From NCBI GenBank assembly GCA_965242695.1, contig CBDESU010000002.1, positions 768,001 through 832,000 on the forward strand: a DNA stretch of 64,000 nt, written 5' to 3'. A program made the translations under genes and the position numbers. Under the pieces are notes generated by a model. The model had not been told where the DNA came from and did not search any database. It saw nothing but the letters and a program-made list of their open reading frames with translations. This document shows positions 19,301-28,847 of the stretch, piece after piece; position 1 is the stretch's first letter; every line of letters starts with the position of its first letter. The stretch comes from Cenarchaeum sp. (lineage in GTDB: Archaea > Thermoproteota > Nitrososphaeria > Nitrososphaerales > Nitrosopumilaceae).

Positions 19301-19969
19301 CTATTCGTACGTGGTGCCCGTCGACGACGCCGCCGCGTCCGATGCCAGGCCAGTCGGGGTCGGCACGGAGGGGAACCGCGCTCCGATCTGCTGCTCGGCG
19401 ACCGCGCTGGCCTCCTGCAGGATCTTGTCGGTCTCCTCGCTCGACATGTCCGACTCCATGCTGAACGAGTCGCCGGCTAGCGACTCCATCATCAGGCCGT
19501 TGAGCGTCTGCGTCATCGAGCTCATCTCGGCGTCGGCCTCCGGCATGAACTTGCCGAGGGACGACTTGAGGCCCTTCATCGTCGTCATGGCCGGCCCGAT
19601 GGCTACCATGGCGTCGCCCAGGTCGTGTATGGTCGTGAGCCTGAGCTGGACCTGCTCGAGTGACATCCTCGCGTTGCTGAGCATCTTCGTGACCTTGCGT
19701 ATCTCGGCGAGCTCGTTGGAGAGCACCTTGCTGGCGCTCGTGTCGTGCTGCTGGAGGGCCGTCACGACCCGCTGGAAGAGGCGCTGGTCCCTCTCTCGCA
19801 GCTTTGCCAGCATGGCGTCCATCTTGCTAGTCTGTATCTGCAGCTTGTTCACCGCAGTCTGGATGCGCGGCTTGAGCGCTCCCTGGGGCCTGACGGCCTC
19901 TTGGAGCTTTGTCGTCATGCCTGGCCCCTCTTGTCGGGACCAGTTCTTGTCAAAGCTAGTCATGCCCAC
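19301..19969 (-). CDS. cdvB: ESCRT-III/Snf7 cell-division protein (CdvB paralogue)
   Basis: Coiled coil with ASKVLSNELAEIRK...SLEQVQLRLTTIHDLGD...KILQEASAVAE, typical of thaumarchaeal CdvB proteins. Confidence 0.85.
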   Translation of the reverse strand: MGMTSFDKNWSRQEGPGMTTKLQEAVRPQGALKPRIQTAVNKLQIQTSKMDAMLAKLRERDQRLFQRVVTALQQHDTSASKVLSNELAEIRKVTKMLSNARMSLEQVQLRLTTIHDLGDAMVAIGPAMTTMKGLKSSLGKFMPEADAEMSSMTQTLNGLMMESLAGDSFSMESDMSSEETDKILQEASAVAEQQIGARFPSVPTPTGLASDAAASSTGTTYE

Positions 19970-20015
19970 GCCTGCCTCCGGCGCGCCTTAATCCGGGGGG
20001 TGCAATTTGCTAGAC

Positions 20016-20885
20016 ATGGACGTAAATTTAGCTGACCTGGCGGGCCGCGCGATGGGCGGCGGCGGGGGCGCCGGCAGCGCCAGCGGGGGCGCCGGGGGCG
20101 GCTCCGGGGGCGTGGCCGTGTTCGACTCGGGCCTCGGCTCGCTGTCGGTCATACGGCGCATCAGGCGGGCCGTCCCGGCGGCGCCCGTCGTGTACCTGGC
20201 GGACACGGCCAACTACCCGTACGGTACGAGGTCGCCGCCCGCGCTGCGCCGCATCGTAGAGGGGCGGATACGCCTGCTCAGGGACAGGTTCAGGCCGGAC
20301 GTCATAGTAGTCGGCTCGATCACGCCGACCCTGCTGCTCCCCGACCTGTTCGCCGGCGGTGCCGTGGTCGGCGTGGCCCCGCCCCTGCGCCGCGCCGCAC
20401 GGGCCACTCGCACGGGCCATGTCGGCGTACTGGCCACGCGGTCCGTGGTGGGGCGCTGCCGTACCGGGGAGATTGCGGCGGGGCTGGAGGTGCCGGCCGG
20501 GGTGCGCCTGCACCCGATAGACGCATCGCCGCTCGTCGACCTGGTAGAGTCGGGGGCGTTCCTTGACGACGGGGAAGAGTGCGCCAAGAGGCTGGCCAGG
20601 CTCGGCCCCGTCCTGTCCGAGAACAGGATAGACTCGCTCGCGCTGTCGAGCACGCACCTGCCGTTCCTTGTCGAGCGGCTTGCCGAGGCGTTTCCGAGGG
20701 TGCGGCTTGCCGACCCCGGCGAGGATGCGGCCGAGGCCGTGCGCAGGCGCATCGGCGCAGGTGCGGGAGGGGCGAGCCAAAAAGAGGCGCCGATGCGGGT
20801 GTTCGCGTCCGGCGATCCCGTTCCGCTAGAGGGCAGGCTGCGCCGCCTCGGCGTGCGCGAAGCAGTGCAGCGGCTTGACGGCTAG
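20016..20885 (+). CDS. Glutamate racemase-like (Asp/Glu racemase family) protein
   Basis: VFDSGLGSLSV, YLADTANYPYG, GVLAT, LSSTHLPF; catalytic Cys positions are Ser; start uncertain. Confidence 0.8.
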   Translation: MDVNLADLAGRAMGGGGGAGSASGGAGGGSGGVAVFDSGLGSLSVIRRIRRAVPAAPVVYLADTANYPYGTRSPPALRRIVEGRIRLLRDRFRPDVIVVGSITPTLLLPDLFAGGAVVGVAPPLRRAARATRTGHVGVLATRSVVGRCRTGEIAAGLEVPAGVRLHPIDASPLVDLVESGAFLDDGEECAKRLARLGPVLSENRIDSLALSSTHLPFLVERLAEAFPRVRLADPGEDAAEAVRRRIGAGAGGASQKEAPMRVFASGDPVPLEGRLRRLGVREAVQRLDG

Positions 20886-21691
20886 GCCTTTGCCGTTGGG
20901 CTGTCCTTGCCAGAGGCCTTTCTGTACCCGTGGCTGAACTCCTTGTCGTACAGGCGCGAGAACTCGTAGGAACTGGGCCTTACGACGTCGCCTATTACGA
21001 CGATCGCCGTGCGCGTAATGCCGGCCGCCCGGGCCTTTTCGGCAATGTCGGCTAGCGTTCCCTGCACGATCTTTTCGTCGGGCCAGCTCGCGCGCTGGAC
21101 GACAGCGGCAGGAGTGTCCTTGGAGTAGCCGCCCTCCACGGCCTCCTTTGCTATGTTGCCGAGGAGGTGCACGCTCAGGTAGAATACCATCGTCGCGCCG
21201 TGCCGCGCCAGGTCGGCGACCGACTCGGCGCCGGGCACGGCCGTCCGCGACGGGGCCCTCGTCAGTATTATCGTCTGCGTCACGCCGGGCAGCGTCAGCT
21301 GCGCGCCGAGCGAGGCCGCCGCGGCCAGGAACGACGTCACGCCGGGCACCACCCTGCACTCGATTCCCGCGGACTCGAGGGCGTCGGTCTGCTCGCGGAG
21401 GGCGCCGTATATCGTGGGGTCGCCGTCGTGGAGGCGCACCACGGTGCGGCCGCCGGCGGCGCCGACGCGCAGCGCCTCCGTAATCTGCTCGCGCACCATC
21501 CCCGACGCGTCGCGCATTGCCGCCCCATCGCGGCACATGGCGAGTATCCCCTCGGGTATGAGCGAGCCAGAGTACACTACGGTGTCGGCCTCGCGCAGCA
21601 GCCGGGCGGCCCTGACCGTCATCAGCCCTGGGTCGCCGGGCCCGCAGCCGACGAACCACACCGTCCCTCCTTCCCGCGCGTCGCTAGGCAC
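20882..21691 (-). CDS. cbiF: Precorrin-4 C11-methyltransferase
   Basis: VGCGPGDPGLMT, RLHDGDPTIYGA, VPGVTSF, SRLYDKEFSHGYR. Confidence 0.92.
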   Translation of the reverse strand: MPSDAREGGTVWFVGCGPGDPGLMTVRAARLLREADTVVYSGSLIPEGILAMCRDGAAMRDASGMVREQITEALRVGAAGGRTVVRLHDGDPTIYGALREQTDALESAGIECRVVPGVTSFLAAAASLGAQLTLPGVTQTIILTRAPSRTAVPGAESVADLARHGATMVFYLSVHLLGNIAKEAVEGGYSKDTPAAVVQRASWPDEKIVQGTLADIAEKARAAGITRTAIVVIGDVVRPSSYEFSRLYDKEFSHGYRKASGKDSPTAKA

Positions 21692-22409
21692 GCTTGACCA
21701 CCAGTATGGAAAAGTACTTTGATGCGAGCGAGCCGCCGGCGGCCTCGCCGAGCGTCATCTTTTGGATGATCTCCTTGTCGGTGCCCAGGTCCTGGCCTAT
21801 GGCGAACACAGAGTCGTCCGGGAACCCCGACTCGCGCAGCAGCGCGACTACCTGGTCAAAGTAGCGGCCGTCCTTGAGGAAGACGAGCGACTCTGCGTGC
21901 TTTGCCATCTCGGCGACCGACGAGAGGTCGTAGCAGGACGGTATGATGGCGACCTTTTCGGACCCCTCTGCTATGCTCACGCCGACCTTGGCGGCGAACG
22001 TGAACGGCGAGACTATGCCGGGCACTACGCTCACGTCCATGCCGGGGTGCCTCTTGCGTATGCGCCTCTGCATGTATATCCACGTGCTGTACAGGTGGGG
22101 ATCGCCTACCGTCACGTACACGACGCGGCGGCCGGCGAGGACCTTGTCGGCCATGGCGACCGCGTTCTCGTCCCATGTACGCCTGAGGACGTCCTCGTCG
22201 CGCGTCATCGGGAACACGAGCTTTACGACCTCCTTTTGGGACGTGTCGATCATGCCCGATATGATCGACAGCGCGATGCTCGGCCTGTCGGCGGCGGACG
22301 CGGGGCACATGACCGTGTCGGCGCTTTCGATGGCCCGCACTGCCCTGACCGTGAGCAGGTCGGCCTCGCCGGGGCCCACGCCTATCCCCGTCAGGCTTCC
22401 GGGCGCCAT
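21684..22409 (-). CDS. cbiL: Precorrin-2 C20-methyltransferase
   Basis: GIGVGPGEADLLT, LVFPMT, TVGDPHLYST, VPGI, YFS. Confidence 0.9.
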   Translation of the reverse strand: MAPGSLTGIGVGPGEADLLTVRAVRAIESADTVMCPASAADRPSIALSIISGMIDTSQKEVVKLVFPMTRDEDVLRRTWDENAVAMADKVLAGRRVVYVTVGDPHLYSTWIYMQRRIRKRHPGMDVSVVPGIVSPFTFAAKVGVSIAEGSEKVAIIPSCYDLSSVAEMAKHAESLVFLKDGRYFDQVVALLRESGFPDDSVFAIGQDLGTDKEIIQKMTLGEAAGGSLASKYFSILVVKRA

Positions 22410-22440
22410 ACCTGCGGCGCGGGCGGGCGCCGATTAAAAC

Positions 22441-23127
22441 CTAGGCTGCGCCGGCCGGTGGCTGCCCCGCCGTTGCCGGGGAGCCGGCCGCCCGCGTCGC
22501 CGACACTATGCCGACAGGGTTGCGCGCTAGCATCATCGTGCCCGTCGACGTCTGCCTGCCCTTTGCGACGATGAGCTGGGCCACGTCGATATCCTCGAAC
22601 GGGCCGCCGCGCAGGGCCTCGACCACGGCGGCGAGCGTCTCGACCTGCACCGTCCCCGCGACGATCCTGCCCGTACCGGGTGCTAGCTTTTCCGAGCACA
22701 GCCGCACGATCTCGGCCGTCGCGCCGCCGGTCCCCCCGATGATGGCCGCACCAATCCCGCCGGGCAGGCCCCGTATGGTATCGCGCGCATCGCCGGCCAC
22801 CACCTCGACGTTGGCTATTCCGAACCGCTCTAGGTTGCGGCCGGTCAGTGCTACTGCCTCGGGGTCGGAGTCGACCGCATAGACCCTGCCCGAGGGCCCA
22901 ACGCGCATCGCCGCCTCGACGGATACCGAGCCGCTGCCGCACCCGATGTCGTACACGGTCGCGCCCTCGTCGAGCCGCGCCTTGCTCAGCTGCACGGCCC
23001 TTGCCTCCTCCTTTGTTATCGGGACGGAGCCGGACCTCTCGAACATCTCGTCGGGTATTCCGGGGACGGCGTGCGGCCACCTAGTCTCGCCCGCCGTTTG
23101 GCCGTTCGGATCCACGGCCGCCACCAT
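22441..23127 (-). CDS. cbiT: Cobalt-precorrin-6B C15-methyltransferase (decarboxylating)
   Basis: PGIPDEMF, PITKEEAR, DIGCGSGSVS, MMLARNPV. Confidence 0.9.
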   Translation of the reverse strand: MVAAVDPNGQTAGETRWPHAVPGIPDEMFERSGSVPITKEEARAVQLSKARLDEGATVYDIGCGSGSVSVEAAMRVGPSGRVYAVDSDPEAVALTGRNLERFGIANVEVVAGDARDTIRGLPGGIGAAIIGGTGGATAEIVRLCSEKLAPGTGRIVAGTVQVETLAAVVEALRGGPFEDIDVAQLIVAKGRQTSTGTMMLARNPVGIVSATRAAGSPATAGQPPAGAA

Positions 23128-23130
23128 CCC

Positions 23131-23670
23131 CTACGGGATCGGCGAGGCGATGATCCCCGCCTCTGGCATGTTCACTAGCGTGTACGACACTATCCACATG
23201 AACAGGTACAGGAAGATGTAGCTGCCGATCCCCTGCGTGACGAGCTTTTTCCTGTCCGACGAAGGCAGGCGGATGTTCATCATCTTGCCGAATATGGCGG
23301 TGCCGATGAACACGACGATCATGAACCCTATCGAGGCCCACCGCCGCTCCTCGCCGGCGACCGGCTCGAAGATGAACGTTGCGGCTACGCCGGCGACGAC
23401 GGCCACGCCGACGCGCACCCAGAACAGCCTGCTGAGCTTTGCCTTTTGCGTCGGGTCGAGGGTCTCTCCCTGGCCGCCCGCCTTGCCGCCCTTCTTGGGG
23501 CCGGGCGGCGGCTCGGTCGGGGGGGCGCGCGAGGTGGGCCTTGCCGGGGGCGGCGGCGCGCCGTGGGGGTGCTCCTTGCCGCCTCCGTCGCCGCCCGCGG
23601 CCTCTGCCCCCTCTCTTGCCGGGGCCGTGTCCCGCGTCGGCTCCGACCTGCGCCTCTTGTGCTTGGCCAA
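23131..23670 (-). CDS. Membrane protein, 3 C-terminal TM helices
   Basis: Low-complexity N-terminus then hydrophobic helices; probable TTG start 23670 with TTAAA box ~23701. Confidence 0.65.
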   Translation of the reverse strand: MAKHKRRRSEPTRDTAPAREGAEAAGGDGGGKEHPHGAPPPPARPTSRAPPTEPPPGPKKGGKAGGQGETLDPTQKAKLSRLFWVRVGVAVVAGVAATFIFEPVAGEERRWASIGFMIVVFIGTAIFGKMMNIRLPSSDRKKLVTQGIGSYIFLYLFMWIVSYTLVNMPEAGIIASPIP

Positions 23671-24023
23671 GCTGTACGGCGCGCCGGGCCGCCGTGCTTG
23701 TTTAAGTGCTTTGAAGGGGGGCGCGCCGCGCGGCCCTGCGTACCGGCGCGGAAAGGGCCAATGGCGCACCGTGGATTTCACTCCGTTGGCTACGGCAGGG
23801 GCCGACCTTTGCCCAAGAAGGCCAAGAGGGTGGTTAATATACCCACAGAATTGCGGCCCCCCGACATGGCCTGCTTGGCTCGCGCTTGCAGTTTCCACAT
23901 AGGCGATCCCTTATGTACTAGTGGTGGGGCCGCCCGTATGGTTTCCATGACTTACGCTGACCCTCTTGGGCGTCCAAGCACACCGTCCACGGTTTCCACC
24001 CTCGCGCCCACGCCGACTCTAAC

Positions 24024-24037
24024 GGGGGGGGGGGGGG
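24024..24037 (+). repeat. G14 homopolymer upstream of the AT-rich island
   Basis: 14 consecutive G. Confidence 0.9.
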
Positions 24038-24160
24038 CAAAAATTGGAGCGTCACTGTTAGCAACATGTTAAACACCCAACACAGCCATACCGACACCAC
24101 TATAGTTACAACCCACAATGTCTGTGTCGTGGCCGAACTTTTCGATCGGGAGTGGTTGCC

Positions 24161-25987
24161 ATGCTTCTGAAGTGGACATTTCCGCCCACGGGTGGGGGTG
24201 TTGCACACGGTTTTAACGATAGTGCACAAGAGCACTTTAGAAATGACGCATGGAAGCATACCATACGAGAGCTAATTCAGAACTCTCTTGATGCTGTTCG
24301 CAACAAGGGCCAGCCAGTTGTTGTTGAGATATCGCTAATTGACGTGCCGTCAATCGAACTAGGTGCACTCGACCTTGCTAAACATGTAAAAGAAGCATTA
24401 AAACGAGCTAAAAAACAGGGCGAGAAACACGGCGAAAAATTCTATACTGATGCATTAAAGATTTTGAAAAGAAAGAAAATTAAAACACTAGCAGTAAAAG
24501 ATGCAAACACCACGGGTCTTATTGATGGAAAATGGAGTGCCCTAGTATTCAGCGAAGGGGCCACTGATAAAGGTGGCATGAGTGCAGCCGGCGGGAGTTT
24601 TGGAATAGGTAAAAGCGCCCCCTATTTAGTGTCTGAACTTAAAACTGTATGTTACTCTACGTACTACGCCCGGCCTGGAAGAGAGGAACGATTTATTGCG
24701 CGCTGCAAGCTAATCGCACACAATGATCCACAGGGACGAGACGGTGAGCTTCAACACATTGGATTCGGTACGAAAGGAAGAGTCCAGCGTAACAAACGCC
24801 CGCACCCCACACGAGGTCAAAACATCTACAGTGACTTTCGACTTGGTGGTATTGGCAGTGGCATATTTATCGCTGGATTTAATCCATTATCAAAAGATTG
24901 GCTAAAGGTTGCCGAAAAATCCATTGCAGAGAGCTTTTTTGAGGCAATACATACAGAAAAGTTAAGCATAAAGTTAGATGGTCAATTAATAACACGCGAT
25001 ACGCTTGATGAAATTTTTGATCAAGATCCAGATAACGATTCGTCGTACTACTACCATGTAATCCGAGGCGATCCCAATGTAAAAACTGAATATATCAAGA
25101 CGGACTTAGGGGAGTTTACTCTAAAGTTCTATATCGGGCAAGATGGAATGCCAAACCGAATTGCTTATGTCAACAGGAGGGGCATGCTAGTTACAGACAC
25201 AAGACAGCGTAATAAAAATCCCTTTCACAAAGCAGTAGGTCGAGGCTGGGCCAAGTACGTGGCAGTTGTCACGGCTTCAAATGATGAAACAGATACAAAA
25301 ATACGTGAAATGGAGCCTCCCAACCACGGTACAATTGAACCCGGCCGCATCATTGATCCTGTTAGGCGTGACGAAATGGAAGCAGCACTGGCCAGTATAA
25401 GGGAGAAAATTGCTACGGTAATAGGTGATGCACTGCGGCTTAGCATCCAAGACCAAGAGATTAACGTATCTGAACTCGCAGGGATCATACCAATTGATGG
25501 GGACAACAGTGATGGTAAGGACGAAGAAAGTCAAAACGACGAAGTCGAGCTTAAGGTTCGAAAGCTCAAAGCACCAACACCTGGAGAGAGCTATACTGAG
25601 CAGAAAGGTCCAAGTAAAGGTCGGGGATCAACCGGTAAAAAGCGTGGCAAAAAACGTGAACAGAAAGAAGAACGTACCGGGGCACTTAATAAAATACGTA
25701 TAATGCGCATCGATGACAAGATGCGAGTGGCATTTACACCCACAGCATCTATGGAAGATATTCGCTTTTTGATTAGGCCCGCAGGTGAAGAGCGAATGCG
25801 AGAGCATGCTATTACGATTAGTAAGGCTAGAGCATTACACAGCAACACTTCTGTTCGTGCAGACGGCAAAACCGTGATCGTCTCTCCTCAAAATACAGAT
25901 AGGATAACAATGGATCTTACAGTGGGTAAGGCTAAAGCATACACAGGATATGAAATAGCCTGTGTTTCTCAGGAGGAGCAAAAATGA
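24161..25987 (+). CDS. GHKL (HATPase-like) ATPase, island gene 1
   Basis: IRELIQNSLDA (N-box), KDANTTGL (G1-like), GGSFGIGKSA (G2); later EPPNH motif. Confidence 0.8.
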   Translation: MLLKWTFPPTGGGVAHGFNDSAQEHFRNDAWKHTIRELIQNSLDAVRNKGQPVVVEISLIDVPSIELGALDLAKHVKEALKRAKKQGEKHGEKFYTDALKILKRKKIKTLAVKDANTTGLIDGKWSALVFSEGATDKGGMSAAGGSFGIGKSAPYLVSELKTVCYSTYYARPGREERFIARCKLIAHNDPQGRDGELQHIGFGTKGRVQRNKRPHPTRGQNIYSDFRLGGIGSGIFIAGFNPLSKDWLKVAEKSIAESFFEAIHTEKLSIKLDGQLITRDTLDEIFDQDPDNDSSYYYHVIRGDPNVKTEYIKTDLGEFTLKFYIGQDGMPNRIAYVNRRGMLVTDTRQRNKNPFHKAVGRGWAKYVAVVTASNDETDTKIREMEPPNHGTIEPGRIIDPVRRDEMEAALASIREKIATVIGDALRLSIQDQEINVSELAGIIPIDGDNSDGKDEESQNDEVELKVRKLKAPTPGESYTEQKGPSKGRGSTGKKRGKKREQKEERTGALNKIRIMRIDDKMRVAFTPTASMEDIRFLIRPAGEERMREHAITISKARALHSNTSVRADGKTVIVSPQNTDRITMDLTVGKAKAYTGYEIACVSQEEQK

Positions 25988-26823
25988 CCCGCGATAAGCT
26001 CCTCCTGCCTCATCCGGTGCTACGACCGGGCGGCGGACTGGATTACAACGAAAGCTGCAATTTTGGGCTGGAAATAAAGCCTGGAGCCTCTAGACGTACA
26101 TCGGAAGGGGTCGTAGAAATTAAAGCATCATTCACGCTTGTTAGCCCTACTTTAGAAGAGATGGTAAAGGAGGGCAAGGCTCAGTACCTTGTATTGGCGA
26201 CATGCGCAAAAACATACTATCGACTTGCAACATCTTTTGATGTCCAACAAATATTGCTAGAATTTCCTGTTAAAAATTTGGCTGGTACTCTTCGATTAAC
26301 ACCTTATATTGTAACAACTAAAGAAATAGAGTGGTTTATTGCACCAGAACACGATCCTGAAATAAAAATATTTCAAGGATTTGGCAAGATCCCGCCAGGA
26401 TCAATACTTGCCATAGGTGCCCCGCACGAAATTGAAATGGAACAAATTGGGACTGTTATGTCTGCAATAAAACTGGTTCCAAACGCAAACATTATGGAAG
26501 GGCGTTACACAATAAACGATGAAGGTGATTTTATAATGATTGAACTAAATAATAAAACATACACAGATATTGCACGCATGAGGACCCACATAAAAAATCT
26601 ACTCTACCCTTCTATCTATCAGGCAGCTATTGAGTATGCCCTACGTAAAGCTACTGAAGAAGCAGATAGTAAGTGGGCCAAAGCTTTACAAAAAACGCTA
26701 GAAGAACATGGTCTTAGTAACGATAATATTGAAGAAAAAGCGAATGAATACGCCCAAATAATAATGGGGGACCCGTTAGGGCAAATGCTCGAATGGTGCA
26801 ACAGGAGTGTTTCATTTGACTGA
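25984..26823 (+). CDS. Hypothetical protein, island gene 2
   Basis: 279-aa ORF, N-terminal PHPVL motif, ATGA overlap with gene 1. Confidence 0.8.
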   Translation: MTRDKLLLPHPVLRPGGGLDYNESCNFGLEIKPGASRRTSEGVVEIKASFTLVSPTLEEMVKEGKAQYLVLATCAKTYYRLATSFDVQQILLEFPVKNLAGTLRLTPYIVTTKEIEWFIAPEHDPEIKIFQGFGKIPPGSILAIGAPHEIEMEQIGTVMSAIKLVPNANIMEGRYTINDEGDFIMIELNNKTYTDIARMRTHIKNLLYPSIYQAAIEYALRKATEEADSKWAKALQKTLEEHGLSNDNIEEKANEYAQIIMGDPLGQMLEWCNRSVSFD

Positions 26824-28513
26824 CACCATACGGCTACATAGGCTCACCGGTGATGCATTTGTGAGTTTGCGTAACTATGCGAGCAACCACCCTGATGCTT
26901 ATTGTGACCCTAATGCCGACTTTGGGAAGATTCTTGAATCATGTTGTGATAAAAGCTATTCAAACCCTGTAAACATTACCCTAGATTCTGCCCTGTCCCT
27001 AAAGGAACCACTAGAATATAGTAAAAGCAATGCCAAACGTCATCTTGCAGACAAACAAGCTTTAGATTTCTATAAATCTTTGAAGGGCATGACGCCCAGA
27101 CTGGCCTCTGATCCTTATATTTTAGCCTACATAAACCACTTTTATCTTCATAAATATGGTATCCAGAGATGGCCTATAAGTAAAGAAAAACAGGCGCCAG
27201 CCACTGAGCAAGCGGCACCTACATCGACTAGTGCGCCATTAGGACTGAGCAAGAGAGCATCTCACATTCGGCTACACTGGTTGACCTCTAGTAACCAGCG
27301 TCAACAGATATGGAATGCCAGTATTGCTGGCCGTACATGGTGGATTGCACATGTAGCGATTAAAGCGGCTGATGCTTCAGGAGGGGCCTTTACAGCTAAA
27401 GATGCGTTGGATCTTTTTGCGGAGACGCCCGAGTATTACCACAGAACAATGGAGTATGTAGTTCTCAGGAATCCAGTTCTCCTAGCAGAGTGTGTCCGCG
27501 CACTAATGAATGAAGCTCGTGGGATTAATCGCAGTGGATATAGAGAAATGGGAATGGAACTAAACCGTGAAGCCGGCGCGCGAGTGCTTGATTCACTTAA
27601 CCGAAACGACCTACGAAGGCTTGTTCATCGATCTGCCGATCGTCTTATGCGCATGAAAGACTACGTAAACGATCGCCATCACCTCGTTGGTGTCGACAAG
27701 TTCAATGTACTTAGCCTCGGGGCAGGCGCACAATCGACGGTGCTTGCACTCATGGCAGAGGAGGGGTGGGAAGGCTTAGAAAAACCCGATCTCGCGATAT
27801 TCGCTGATACGCAATGGGAACCACGTGCGGTGTATGATCACCTAAAATGGCTTAAGAGCCAATTGTCCTATGAGGTAGTTACGGTTACGGCCGGTGACAT
27901 AAAAGACAACATGCTTCACGGCGTCAACCCTGATGGTGACAAGTTCCTTGACGTACCGGTATTCTTACGCAATGCGGACGGAACTAAGTCCGTGGCAGCT
28001 AGGCAATGCACCACTCACTACAAAATAATACCCATACACAAAGAAATCCGAAAAAGACTTAAAATCCCTGCTGGCAAGCGTGTTCCTAAAGACGTCCAAG
28101 TCGTGATGTGGTTAGGAATAAGCGCAGACGAGTCAACTAGAATGAAGCCTAGCAGGGATGAATGGATAGACAACCGATACCCGCTAGTTGAGATGAGCAT
28201 GACTCGAGCCGATATATACAAGTGGTTTGGAGATCGCTACCCTGATCGACATCTACCCCGCAGTGCTTGCGTGGGTTGCCCGTACCACGACGATATGGAG
28301 TGGAAATGGATCAAGGACAACGAACCCGAGTCATTCAAGGATGCTGTGAACATTGATTGGTCTTTGCGCAATGTGCCTGCCGCACGTGGTTCACTACGCG
28401 GGGAGGCATACCTACACAAGTCGAGAATGCCGCTAAGTGACATTGACTTTTCGCAAACTCGTGACTATGATGACTACATGGCAACTGAATGTGAGGGGTT
28501 GTGCGGTGTCTAA
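26807..28513 (+). CDS. DUF6339-like N-terminus fused to PAPS-reductase-like (PP-loop, Cys-rich) domain, island gene 3
   Basis: N-half HFYLHKYGIQRWP...IAGRTWWIAH; C-half VLSLGAGAQST, IFADTQWE, RQCTTHYKIIP, WLGISADE, YPLVE, SACVGCPYH, terminal ECEGLCGV. Confidence 0.75.
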   Translation: MFHLTDTIRLHRLTGDAFVSLRNYASNHPDAYCDPNADFGKILESCCDKSYSNPVNITLDSALSLKEPLEYSKSNAKRHLADKQALDFYKSLKGMTPRLASDPYILAYINHFYLHKYGIQRWPISKEKQAPATEQAAPTSTSAPLGLSKRASHIRLHWLTSSNQRQQIWNASIAGRTWWIAHVAIKAADASGGAFTAKDALDLFAETPEYYHRTMEYVVLRNPVLLAECVRALMNEARGINRSGYREMGMELNREAGARVLDSLNRNDLRRLVHRSADRLMRMKDYVNDRHHLVGVDKFNVLSLGAGAQSTVLALMAEEGWEGLEKPDLAIFADTQWEPRAVYDHLKWLKSQLSYEVVTVTAGDIKDNMLHGVNPDGDKFLDVPVFLRNADGTKSVAARQCTTHYKIIPIHKEIRKRLKIPAGKRVPKDVQVVMWLGISADESTRMKPSRDEWIDNRYPLVEMSMTRADIYKWFGDRYPDRHLPRSACVGCPYHDDMEWKWIKDNEPESFKDAVNIDWSLRNVPAARGSLRGEAYLHKSRMPLSDIDFSQTRDYDDYMATECEGLCGV

Positions 28514-28847
28514 TCTGACAAATTTTCTCACGAGAGATTTTATGTCGTTTGGCCATGGTTGCCACGAGGTGATTGATCCTGGGCCGGGATTGTATGCAAT
28601 GTGGTTGCGCGGCCAGTGCATATACGTGGGAATGAGCGAGGATCTTCACAGACGCATTTTTCAGCATGTGGCCTCCGAGGACAACCAGGATCTTGCCAAT
28701 TATTACCGACAATTTCCTGGCGAGATTCGAATAGCTATCGTGCACGTGGATGCCAAAGCAGATCAACTCCGTCGACTTGAGTCTGAGGCCATTGAAAAAC
28801 TCCGACCTATCGTTAACAAGCGTGGTGGAGGTGGCACACGGCAATGA
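28506..28847 (+). CDS. Stand-alone GIY-YIG nuclease, island gene 4
   Basis: PGLYAMW...IYVGMSEDLHRRIFQH...LESEAI...PIVN; GTG 28506 overlaps the gene 3 stop. Confidence 0.8.
   Translation: MSNLTNFLTRDFMSFGHGCHEVIDPGPGLYAMWLRGQCIYVGMSEDLHRRIFQHVASEDNQDLANYYRQFPGEIRIAIVHVDAKADQLRRLESEAIEKLRPIVNKRGGGGTRQ

Noticed and set aside
23760-24040. Replication origin or structured RNA (tRNA, RNase P, SRP, cobalamin riboswitch)
   Set aside because: No full ORB palindrome or adjacent cdc6; no cloverleaf or conserved RNA motifs found by eye
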